A stretch of 64,000 nucleotides of DNA from Paraspadella gotoi (GCA_051294375.1 CM119266.1:14187614-14251613); one strand, 5' to 3'; positions 1 through 50,551 are shown, counted from the first letter of the stretch. Numbers and translations: made by a program. The notes: a model not told the origin generated them from the letters alone.

Positions 1-39152
<39,152 letters not shown>

Positions 39153-41544
39153 CCCTCGCTCAACAGTTCGGCGGAGCCCAGTGACCCCCCACTTTCCCTC
39201 CAGTCCCCTGGTATATCCCTTCAAAGACCCAGACCCATAGGGGGGCTACGTCCCGTCGGACGCGCCCTCTCGATCCTCGATCGGCCGGACCGAAAAAAAA
39301 AAAAAACAAAAGATTGAAAATCCGTCGGTCAACTTCTCTCAAAAGCCAAAATGTGTTATCTTTTTCTTACTTTCCTCCGTCACTTCATTTTTGTTCCCTT
39401 CTCCCTCACCCCATCCCGTTACTCAACATTCTGATAGGATATAAAATTTAAAAAGAAATTCACTAAATCGAAACAGTGATCAAGAGTACTTAAATTATTT
39501 TACTCCCCCTGTCCCTCTCTTACCCGCTCTCCTTACCTTTCCTTCGCAACCTCCGCTACGACAGGCGTAGACCAAAAAATAAAAACCCATAAAACCAAAC
39601 ATTCGACAATCGAGTTTCTCGAATTGAGAGCCAAGGGCTACGATGTCACTCCAAAAGTTGAAAGTATTCTCATACAGAATAGCGCCGTGTGGCACATGTG
39701 TGCGAGCGACGGATATTCAGCCTCGCGTGTCTGCTTTGAGGAAGAAATGAGACATCTACCCAAAAAAAAAAAAAAAATCCCCGCTCTTTTTTGGCGTTCC
39801 GTTCCCCGAGATCGAGAAGTCGTTGTAAACGCGATCGAAGACAAAAAAAAATTAAACAAAAGACCATCTCTAGGACATCGATTCGACGTAGCGCGAGATT
39901 TCTTCGTCATGGGCAACTACGAGAGACGCTCGTCAATTCTTTCTCTTCCCCCCTCTCCCCCCCCCCATCTCCCTTTCCCTTTCCCTTTCATTTTATTCGA
40001 GACACAAATCGAGATTACGAAAAAAATCACTCCCAAATTTTGTTCATTTACATTTCGGCCAAATGGAAAGAGATACAGACGCTCCGTGGAGGCCTTGTTG
40101 CTAGCGTGCCAGCGTGCAAAGAAGTTTATTCCGGTTTATGTTTTTCTCTTTATTTCTTTTCGCGCGCCGACCTTTCCTCCCGAGTCGAGACCCGTGCATT
40201 TCTACGCGCGCAATCGCTGATCGTTCGCAGGGAAGTGCAAGCGCGCTTTTTTTTTAAATTTTGGATCGCGCGTTTTTCTGTTTTACTTTTTTCTGGCGGA
40301 GGATACTATCTCTCTCGAGTGCTGGTTCACTTTTTCAGGGGGCATTATTTGAAGCCAGGCGGGTTCTAGAAATATCCGAATAAGAATAGCTTGTCATCCT
40401 TTTTTTCCTTATCCCATTATCCCATAATTCGTTGAAATTTAGTATTTTCGTTTCACAGCGATCCTTCTTCCTTCTCGTGTCATTATGATCTTTAATCCAA
40501 ATCTTTTATCTTTTGTTTTTCGTTGAGCGGCGAATGCACTGTAAAAAAAATATCAACCGGGTTTCGAACTAAAACTAAACATAAACATTAAACAATCATT
40601 ATCATAACATCAAATGATTAATTACCAATCTTAAATTAACGTTTTATTTGAAACGCCGCTTTCCGACTCTCAATAATTAACAGCCTTTATTCGAGGCTCA
40701 TGTTTAACAAAAGAAAACTTTTTTCGTTCAACCTTTGTTTCATCCCTCATCCAGTTTTCATGTCTTAAATGTACATATAAACTAATGCGTGTTCCTTAAT
40801 TTCCCCCAACATTCTGTGATCGCTCAATTAGCTAACAAACTGTATTCTTGAAAAAAATTTTGAAATTCTTCTTGCCTAATGTATTACGCGTCGGATATCG
40901 AGGATATTCAAGAGTGAAACTTGATTTTAAAAAATGATTATGAGTATCGTAAACTTTTAAAAAGCTACAATAATATCGTGGTAAAGCATATAAATCTTTG
41001 AAACAGAAAAACTCTTGGCCTCGAACATTATTGTTATAGCGTAAACTATAAAAATAATCGCCTTTCATTCTGTCTAGCCGAAGAATCACCATTGACGATA
41101 AATTATAAATTATTGACAATGTTTTGTTTCGTCTATTTCGTAATAGAAATCTACCTTGTTTTTATGTACCTTAATGCTTACTCATGTTTTCTTTTTTATT
41201 GTAAACAACTGTAAATTATTTGATAAGATTCTAATAGAAATATTAAATGTGAGAAACTTTAAATGTTTATTTTCGATTTAAAAATTTTTAGCGCAAAAAA
41301 TATAAGAATTTTGCTAATTTTCATTAAAAAAAAATAGTCGGAAAAATGTTTTCAAAAACAATGCCTAAAGCTAAACGGTATTCTTTTAATTAGTTCCTAA
41401 TTAAAGCAACTGACAACCATTTAGAGGTTAAATATAATAAAGCAGAGAGAAAAAAATGTATAGTGGTGCAACCACATTGTTTGAAATCGAGTCTAGTAGA
41501 ACAAGAACGGAACAACTCTTTTTGTCTCTCTCTCGCTCTCGCTC

Positions 41545-41554
41545 GTGACGTCAC
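41545..41554. promoter_or_regulatory. CRE/ATF-type palindrome GTGACGTCAC about 30 nt upstream of the GTPase ATG
   Basis: Perfect TGACGTCA core in a locally GC-rich patch just upstream of the predicted start codon; function not shown. Confidence 0.3.
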
Positions 41555-41584
41555 ACGGCTGCCGGATTTCGAAAATTCTCAGAA

Positions 41585-44500
41585 ATGTCTTCTTCATTCA
41601 GCAGCTCCAGTCCAGCGCTGGTTCTTTCCAGTTTTCAGCTCAGAAGGATATAATCTCCTGGATTTATTCTGATTTTTGGGAACTATTTGGAAAAAGTAAA
41701 ATGTTTTCTAAATGGCACCACTGCCGACCAACTTTCAGCGAAACTGGTACGTGATTCTTATTCTAAGCTAATTAATAAGACAATAGGTAAAGTAATATTT
41801 TTGGTATATATATCTCCATAGTTCAAACTTTAATTTATCGAATATTTCCAAATTGAGTCGTTGATTAGTTTTTCAATTAAAACTTTGTCCTCATTGGTAC
41901 GGATGGGAGTAGCAGTCAACGTAATGGTTTCTTGTTTTAGGACTATGTTTTGCAATTTTAGCTACTTTAAATAATAAATATTGACGTGGGCCGATACTAT
42001 AGGGCCTATAGGGCATCCCCGAACCTCCGTAAATGTTAATGAGTTTTTTCATGATTTTCGTATGACTTATTACGCAAAAGCCGTTCCTATTGTTTTTTTG
42101 GTATCAGGCTCTCGATACGTGGTCCTCGTCGGTGACGTACGCGCTGGAAAATCGACGCTAACAGAGAAGTTAACGAACGTGCCTTGTCTCAAGTCCGATC
42201 AGAGTCGTAGTTTCACCACAAACTCGGACATTTTCCGAACCGCCGATGGAATGTTGGAGATTTGCGACACTCCCGGAACTAACCCGCTGGAGGACAAGTT
42301 CACACACAACATTTGGATCGCGCAAGCTTTCAACAGGTTCGATTTAGGAAGATTCGCATGTTAGTGACTGTTAATACTAGAACGATGAACCAATACGTAT
42401 CACGTAACGACTTCCTTCTGCAAAATCCGAAAATTCTGGCCTTGTTTGATATTTGGCAAGAAGTCTTTAGTTATCTTTATTTATATGAAATTGGTACAAC
42501 CAATATAAAAATTATCCATTCATTTAATAAATAAGCTATCTTGCCCCTGACTTTGGACAGGCTTCGGTGGTTTAAGGCCTCCATCACTCTTACAAGATAA
42601 TGACATTGTCATAGCAGGTCCCTGCAAGCTGTAAATCAAGACTCTCTCAGTCTTGTTTATGCACACCCTAAGTACCTGGCTTCTTCTTCTTCAATGAAGT
42701 GTATTGTGAAATTGTATGGTGAAATTTATATGTAGAATATTATGTATTGAATTTAAACATTCCAGAAAACCGGTCTCGCTCCTTCTGATCGTGGTCAAGG
42801 CCGATCGCGGCATCTCAAACGTCATCGACTCCGTAACCAAATACGCAGAGGGATTTTTCGACATTTTTCACATCCTCGGCGTCTGCGTCACTCACATGGA
42901 CGACGACGGCATCACGTGGACTGAGGGCAATTTTAAAGAGGTGAGGTTTGAGGTGATGGCGTCATGACCACTTTAATTAGCATCTTTAATGTTAATGTTA
43001 GCTTTAATGTTAACCTAATGTCAGAGCAAATTCGCGTGACAGGCCCTCTCCGAATTGGGACTGGAGTCCGTTATCTTCTCGTCGAGTACCTCAACAGGCG
43101 ACGACCTTCGCCGGGACGTCGAGGCCATCTGCAGCCGTAAACCCGAGGACGTCTCCGTCGACAGCGAAAACTTCTTCAAGTTCTTTAAACTCAACGATAG
43201 CAACTTCAAGTTGCTGCATTCCGTGCGCAAGGAGGTGCAGAGGCTCGAGATGGTCATACGAAAGTTCCAAGACATTTACGGAATGCGGGAAGGCAAGAAA
43301 GTTTTTTACCTTTGACCATATTATTTATTGAAACCTTCATAGTTTATACGTATAGCTGAATAGATTTAAATTTTAAATTTCATAAAACTCTAGATTCTGA
43401 TTCTTCCCAACTGGACCTACTTTTCGAGTTTGCCCTATGGATGCGCGCGTGGATTTTAGGTGCTCAATGTCGCGTCTCTGCCGACACCTCTTATGTCAAA
43501 GGACCAGAAAAAGCGTCGGAGGCAGGCCATTTGACAAACCTGACAAATCAGTTGACGGATGTTTTGATGGAATTATGGACGGAAATCGAAACTTTTTCTG
43601 ATATCCGGTAACTTAAAAATTGATAAATTTCATTACGTATCTTCATATAAAAACATTTATGAATACTTTTTTAGAGACGACAGTTTCCGAAAGTGTCCAC
43701 ACTGTGGCAAGATTTGGGCAAAATCCAATGAATGCGATTTGTACTGCTGGGAAGGTTCCAGATGTATAGGTAATTCGACGTACGAACGCGAACAAATGTT
43801 CAATTTATGCCGCCAGATTAAGAACGATGCGGACGAGGGGTTGGTACTGGTAGGCGAAACTGGATCTTTCGTTTTTCGTTGGACGGACTCCTCTTCTAAG
43901 TTAGAGATTGATTCAATCGGGCCAAATANNNNNNNNNNNNNNNNNNNNNNNNNNNNNNNNNNNNNNNNNNNNNNNNNNNNNNNNNNNNNNNNNNNNNNNN
44001 NNNNNNNNNNNNNNNNNNNNNNNNNNNNACGAAGATGACGAAGACGACAAGCTTAATGCCACCGCTTCCTTTAAAAGTTTCAAACCTAGACATAACGATC
44101 GAGGATGCAAAAATCGTTTGGATTGGAAAGACATGGCTCCGTCCAAAGTTCCTCAAGAGTTTGAAGTCGCCGAAGATGCCATGGAGGTGAGCGGCAATTA
44201 TGTTTCAGACGAAAGAGACACAAAGAACAAAGGAAGAGATACAGTGATCAATACAGGTCGCGCTGTCAACGGCGCTACTGCTGCAAGATATAGAAACTTT
44301 TCAGCAGATCATTACTCCAGTAGAAAGGTATCGGGCCTTACAAATATGGGCTGGGAATCTACGTTTAGAAAAGAAATGTATTCGTGCTGGCTTTCGAGGA
44401 TACCGCTTGTTGCTACTGCAGAGCCTTCTGTTAATTATCGTAAAACAAGTGATGCTGATGCTGGATTGACAAAGAGTACCCATGTTTCCACCTTAACCCG

Positions 44501-46339
44501 AGCTAACAAAAGTTATGATAGAAGCATATATACTAGTCCGGAAACACATGGCAGCATTGGTCGCGCCCCTTTTGATGATTGTGTAAAAAGTAATCGATTC
44601 TGGAGTAAGGCTGCTTCCGAAGGTGATAAAGTCATTACTGATGAAAAAAACAAAGCTTATCTAAGCAGAAAGAATCTTACTTTGCCGATTCATAGTGAAA
44701 GACGCAATGCGAAAGATCCGAGAGAAGAATCACCTGATCATGTGAACCGTATGAGAAGTTTGTCAGAAGATGTTGAAATCAATAATGCCCAACAAAACCA
44801 AAACTATTTGAGCCACAAAAATTGTAATTTGGCCACTCATGGTGAAAGAAGCGCCATAACAGAAGAATCGTCTAAACGTGTAAAGGGTATCCCGTTTAAT
44901 AGTGAGGCTCGATCTGAAGATTTTAAACTAAATATTGATGGTCTTGCTAACTCGAAATATGGTGATTCCGATTCAACCTGTAAAGTTCTTGAAAAAGAAA
45001 ATTTGAGTGAGCACAAAAATAATTTGAGAAGCTCTTTGACGATTCTCACACATGGGATCAGCAGTTCATCCAGCTTCGATAAAACTTCAAGCCCTGTTTC
45101 TATAAGCCAAGTCGAAAGTTTTAAAAGTAATATGAACGATTTCGTAGGCGAAGTAACGGTCAATATAGCCAACAATATTGAATACGATACACATAATATT
45201 TCTGGGGCCATCAGTAAAAGTAATTGTCACCCCAACCAGCCTAAAAATGGTCGCCTTGAAACCGACCGCGAGGCTTATTCAAAAAGCGACTTCCCTTATG
45301 ATTTCAATGATCATCGTAATCATCATAGAAATGCCGATCCCCTTTCTGAATCTTTCGATAAACCTTCCACAAGTGGCGGCCCAATCAAAGGTTCAAGAAC
45401 GTCAAACTATGAAAGTCAAACTGTAAGCTACGAAAATGGCATAGATAGAGAGATAGAAAGCTGGAAAGCGGCAAGAAGCAGTTTTAACATCGAGAGACTA
45501 AATTCAGGAAAAAATAATAATTATGTCGAACCGAGCAACCAAGTTGTTAAATTTTTATTTGTTACGAGATAGTCTCTCGGTTGTTTGATGCCCTTTTTAT
45601 TATTGAATTCGTATTTTGTTGCTTACGAAGTATCTGATTGATCAAGTATTTTAAAAGTTGCTCTCTGATTGGTTAGTCCTTATGATTGTACCTTAACCAA
45701 AGATATAAAAGAGATGTGCTTACCTAAAACTAAGAGGATAAGTTACCAATGATTCGTGACAGTCGGTAAGCATTTAAAATGATATTTTGTAATTTTATGG
45801 TTAAGCTTAAAGTTGACTATTTTTAATAAGTTCTTATTTTTTTGTATCTTTAGAAATAGTCTCCCTTCTACTTGCTTCACGTCTCACGCTCATGTTATGT
45901 CTACTACAATAAATATTACTAAATTTACATTCTTCGAATCTTTATAAATAAATAGCAAGTCAGAAAACACTAGCTCGCTCACGGCGTTACGGTAAAATCC
46001 TCAATACAAGTTAATAATAATATTAATAATATTGATAGAAGGCTCACTGCACCGAGAGAAAAAGAAGTGGCTGCAAGTAGTTGCAATAACAAAAATAGTT
46101 CCAAAACTTTTTACCGTGATCGAAGCCCAAATCATGATAGGCTTGATCGCGGAATCAGCGATCAACGAACGAGAAACATTTCTTACACTCGTCGCCCTGT
46201 CAGCAGTTATTCATGCGCTTCTCACGGAACCATCCTAAATTTGAGAACACAAGATGGTAACAACACGAGCACACCTTTTTATGAGAGGTGTAATGAGATA
46301 ATTGAACGAATAGAACGGTTATTGTCGTTTACAAAGTAG
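41585..46339 (+). CDS. Uncharacterised P-loop GTPase (TRAFAC, AIG1/GIMAP/MMR_HSR1-like G domain) + helical region + CPHCG Zn-finger-like module + probable long disordered tail
   Basis: Exons 41585-41746, 42108-42336, 42766-42940, 43025-43292, 43394-43607 and 43675-(gap at 43929). Motifs: G1 GDVRAGKST, G2 SFTT, G3 DTPG, G4 VTHMD, then AGHLTNLTNQL and RKCPHCGKIWAK. Continuation across the gap into the ORF ending ~45542 and a last exon ~46039-46339 is inferred. Exons 1 and 4 may contain single indel errors. Confidence 0.82.
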
Positions 46340-46389
46340 GTTAAATTATTTACAATTAATTACTAAGTAGATTGTGTATCAAAAATTTC

Positions 46390-46624
46390 AAGAATAAAAC
46401 ATTGTGATATAAATCCTTTCCTTTCGTTGTTTGGGACGATTAGAGACAGTTTGAGTTTAGTTTTGACAACGATTTTTATTTAATTCAAAACAGACATGTT
46501 TCGGCTTCATTCAAGCCTTCATCAGCGTTGATGAAGGCTTTGAAATGAAGCCGAACATGTCTGTTTTGAATTAAATAAAATCGTTGTCAAAACTAAACTC
46601 AAACTGTCTCTAAAGAATAAAACA
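46390..46624 (-). mobile_element. Penelope-like (PLE) pLTR-derived palindromic mini-element 1 with target-site duplication
   Basis: Inverted repeat 46440-46613, a 38-nt unpaired tail (46402-46439), a 12-bp direct repeat aagaataaaaca at 46390-46401 and 46613-46624, and a hammerhead core followed by AATAAA in the arm. Confidence 0.78.
46489..46529 (-). ncRNA. Minimal type-I hammerhead ribozyme motif
   Basis: Minus strand reads AACG CUGAUGA A GGCUU gaaug AAGCC GAAA CAUG UC^ UGUU: conserved core, 5-bp helix II, palindromic ACAUGU helix III and 4-bp helix I. Confidence 0.8.
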
Positions 46625-46939
46625 GTAAAATTCTAAATATATATGATATTTAATCCACTTAATAATTTTAGACTAATAATGTGCCTACAATTCTGCTTTA
46701 AATGTAAAAAAGCATCAAACGAAAAATAATACATTTGTTGATTTGTTTTTGTTGTTTTTTTTTTGTTTTTTTATGCTTCTGTTGCTTATGCCATGTTATG
46801 GTATTTAAAAATTAATTATTTTGTTTCACTTACTTTTCATTCCCTTTTTTTTTCTGTAAAGGAAAGGAGAAAAACAACATGAATAACAAAAATTCGAGCC
46901 ATTGGCTGTTGTCAAAGGTAAAACGAGAAAAAGCAATTC

Positions 46940-47355
46940 CCTTAAATTATAAAAATAGAATTTCCCGTATTGACTTCCCTCATATATCAAAAAGACGATT
47001 AAAAATTAGTAATTTTGTGTTTTCAAATGTGGCTTTTAATGAAATTGGTACAACCAATATAATTAATATAATTAATTTTAGAAAACATTTTGTTATCATT
47101 GTTTCTTTTGAAGCAAAAAAGCAACTTCTCGCTCGCTCTAGCAATGCCAAGAAAAAACAAATGGCTACGACGAGTAGGATCGCAAACTGGCAATTAGACC
47201 TGACGAGAATACGAGCTCCCAAACTTTGGGCCAAAGTATTCAAATTAAGATTATTTCAAGAATGCTCTGTCATTTTTAATTCTGGTGACGGCGCAAATGA
47301 TGCCGCCCATCATAACGAACATTTATCATTGCAACTGGACCAGATAGTTTCATCC
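46940..47355 (-). mobile_element. Possible decayed piggyBac-like transposase 3' fragment
   Basis: Minus strand gives NVRYDGRHH followed by interrupted Cys-containing segments (C.PTRRS.CF..WH); shares an exact 24-mer with GTPase intron 2. Confidence 0.3.
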
Positions 47356-47399
47356 TAAAAAAAAAACCTTTAACCAATTCACACAACAATTAACTTTTT

Positions 47400-47641
47400 A
47401 GAGTTGTAATAATTTAGGTAAAACGAAAATTTTCGTAAAATAAAAATTTAATTCATATAAAATTGGACATGTTTCGGCTCAGTTTCGAGCCTTCATCAGC
47501 GTTTGAAAAAAACCACAAAAACTCGAAACTGAGCCGAAACTCCAATTCTATCTGAATTAAATTGTTGTTTTACGAAAATTTTCGTCTCACCTAAATCTAA
47601 ACAAACAACAAAAAGAAAGGCTTAACACAGAGTTGTAATAA
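47400..47641 (+). mobile_element. Penelope-like (PLE) pLTR-derived palindromic mini-element 2 with target-site duplication
   Basis: Imperfect inverted repeat 47412-47596, a 32-nt tail (47597-47628) similar to the tail of element 1, and a 13-bp direct repeat agagttgtaataa at 47400-47412 and 47629-47641. Confidence 0.75.
47462..47504 (-). ncRNA. Minimal type-I hammerhead ribozyme motif (helix I degenerate)
   Basis: Minus strand reads ACG CUGAUGA A GGCUC gaaacu GAGCC GAAA CAUG UC^ CAAU; core and helix II are intact but helix I pairs poorly. Confidence 0.68.
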
Positions 47642-47645
47642 GAAA

Positions 47646-50516
47646 ATGATTAATTTAGCGATTCAGGTGACATTTTTCCAAGTTAATAGCTCTTGTAAGA
47701 ACCCGTTCTACCATTTTTTTTTCTGTTTTAGTTAGCAGCGCTAAGCTTTGTCGTTTTTACACAAGAGGTTCACTATTTAACGCCCGACGAAGTCTCGATC
47801 CAGGACGACGATTACGACGACGAGAATGAAGGCGGAAAGACGACCCACGTTTGTTCGGACAGAACACCGGGTAGGTTCGCGCACCCGACTGGACATTATC
47901 CTTGGTCGTCGTAGTTTTTTTCCTAAATTCCCCTTTGATTAGGTTTGATTTACAGTCATGAAAATATCACCAGTTCCCACATTGTAATCGCTTCGAAAGA
48001 AACGTCCATGTCTTCGGGCAAATGGTTCGAGGTATACCGTTTCTGTTAAATTTATTTGGTAGTAACAAACTATTTAAAATAGTTTAAACCTATTATTACC
48101 GCTAGGGTTTCGGCGCCGGCAGAAAACGTCACGGGCCAGATTCCGAATTGACCTTTTGTTCGATCGTGTTTTCGCCGGCGCCGCCCGCCACGAGTCTCCT
48201 CCTCGCCGTCGAATCGTATTCACATCCGTGTCCGAATCTTTTGTTCATTTGCGCAGCCGACGTGCACCCGAAAGGTGGCGGGTTTTCGTTCGTTGTTAAC
48301 ATTGTGGATATTGTATATCTAAATTATACTTTGTGATAGATCATGACGCGAAGTCCGACGGTCCCTTTCTCTGTTTCGCACAAACCGGCGATTATATCGA
48401 AACTCGATTCAAATATCCGGAGTGTGACAGAGAGTCAGTCCTTAGTTAACTCATAAATTGTTTTATTAATTCATAGTAATTAACGATTCTTCTTCGAGGA
48501 TCACTAACCTGACCTACAAATCGGTGGAACGTCGTTACCTCGTACTTCAGTACATCGTCTTTAAGGAAGTTCCGCTCAATCTCGTGGTCAAAGTCACGGC
48601 TTATGTGAACGAGAGGTCGTCTTCCGAAAGCTCTTGGTTGGATTTTCTGAGGCCGTTCTAGTGAAATCGTTCAGGGATTTTCACTACCTTTGAATCTTTT
48701 TGATTGCAGTAATGGAACTGAAGAACCGGTCAAAGAACATGGGGCTTTCAATCAATCAACAGAGGTTGCATTGCAATCATTTTGAATAAAAGTTATTTTA
48801 ATTATGTTTATACTGTACTATTTGTAATCAACATGTAACTTTACCAGGTCGCAACGAGAACTGATATTTTTGAACCACAAAATCCGGTAAAGCCGCGTGA
48901 TGGTGCCTTCTTTGCCGACAATGATACGGCACCTTCGGCGAGCAACATCCGGGTGTCGACATTGAATGCGTCGCGACAACTACAAGACGAATATAACGAA
49001 ACGTCATCAAGCCAATCTTTGTCGAAGTCGTCGCTATCGTCTTCAATGTCATCCTCCTCTAAAGCGGAGCACTCCCTCTTAACTTTACATGACCGTGCAA
49101 CACAGATAACGAATTCCACAACGCCTTCAAGTATTAGTAACGGCACGGCGGCGCCCTCCACGCTGTCCGCTTCTCCTTCATCCACGCCCTGGTCGGGCTT
49201 TTGGTGCGCGGCCAATAGAATCTGCATCGAGCCGCGCCTCGTTTGCGACGGGAAGGACGATTGCTTGGACGGTGGTACGGACGAGAAAGGTTGTCTGCCA
49301 GAGACGACGACGACGATGGTGACGACGACGTCGAAGGTCGAAGTAACAATTAAACCCGAAGTCGTCGTCAAGACTTTGAAGTCTGAAGAAAGTGAAACGA
49401 AAATCTTACAAGAGGTGAAAGATTAATACGTAAAAAGAGGATTGTAAAGATTTTAGTTTATGATTGAAACAAAACGCGGTGTAATGAGCTCCTACTAGAA
49501 ACAATGAAACCAACGACCACTTTTTCTTCAGAGCGGCGACAGCGAGACCAAAGACAGGGACGATTTTGTGTCGTGGAAAGGAAACGTTAACGATATCGAT
49601 CTTGAAGTGAGAGGAGAGCGCCGAATGGTAGCTTGGAATTTATTAATTAAGTGATGATAAAAAAAAATTAAAAGAATTATAAGCAGTGATCTCATTCCTT
49701 CACTTCCTTATTCCGCAGTTTGAAATAACACATGAGCATGATTTACAATATTAAAGTTCACAGTCCCTGAGCTTCGGGTCAGACTGTCACAGGCGGGTTA
49801 AGCGCCCCGTCCCTCTTAACAGCTGGGCGACCACCGGGCTGGAACCCCGGACCTTTGGGTTGGGAGGCGAATGACTTGCCTCCTGCACCAATGGCCGCTG
49901 ATGATCGGTTGGTGGATTTTAGTCCACCATAAAGCCTCATTCGGTTACTAAACTATCCAAAATATTTCATGCTGTCTTTTGAAATAGACGATCTCTCACG
50001 ATCCCAACGACAACAACGCCGATAATCCTACCCTCCGCGATTGGACACCCGACTTCCTCTGGATCGTCCTCGCCGCAGTATCCGTCGTCGTCTGCACCGG
50101 CGTCGTTCTTTCCGCCGTCGCCTGGAGATGGCGCCTCGACAAAAGCAACGCAGTCTCTCCGGGGATCGTCGACGAGCGTTTGGCGAAGGGTCCCGGTGGC
50201 GCGGCTACCGCGGGGAATAGACAGAGTCGATGGCGACCTGAGGTCGACGAAGTAAGCTTCGAGTTCGACGTGGCTATGATTTTTTTTGTTCATTACTGTT
50301 TAACATTTGTTTTTTCATGCAATTATATAAATTCCGGAGGAGATCCAGGAGGAAATTTTGCGAATTACGAGATCGAGCAACTCTTTGGTGGCGAAAATCA
50401 GCAGCCATTCGAACCACGTCAGTTCTCGTTTTGAACCATGTCAAAAAACATGACACAATTAAGGGTTAATTGAGGCTTATGATCCATTTTTACGACAGAC
50501 AAATATAGGGTGTTAA
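47646..50516 (+). CDS. Type-I membrane protein: signal peptide, divergent CUB-like region, S/T-rich stalk, LDL-receptor class A module, TM helix
   Basis: MINLAIQ|LAALSFVVFTQEVH signal peptide (47646-47666, 47732-); small exons through ~48615; LDLa FWCAANRICIEPRLVCDGKDDCLDGGTDEKGC (~49200-49295); TM FLWIVLAAVSVVVCTGVVLSAVAW (~50055-50125). The 3' end is uncertain. Confidence 0.78.
49760..49898 (-). mobile_element. tRNA-Gly-derived SINE-like element (intronic, truncated)
   Basis: 72-nt tRNA-like head (49827-49898): acceptor GCGGCCA/TGGTCGC, A-box-like TGGTGCAGGAGG, CTCCCAA loop, B-box-like GGTTCCAGCCC, broken anticodon stem. The tail aligns with the element at 56580-56790. Confidence 0.7.
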
Positions 50517-50551
50517 TTAACGAAAAAGAAGAGGACGCTCAAAACGACGAA

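Noticed and set aside
46879-47358. 159-aa plus-strand ORF as a gene
   Set aside because: AT-rich, no domain, and overlaps a probable repeat remnant on the opposite strand.
49827-49898. Functional tRNA-Gly(CCC) gene
   Set aside because: The anticodon stem does not pair, the T-loop is non-canonical, and it continues into a tail shared with another element; better explained as a SINE head.
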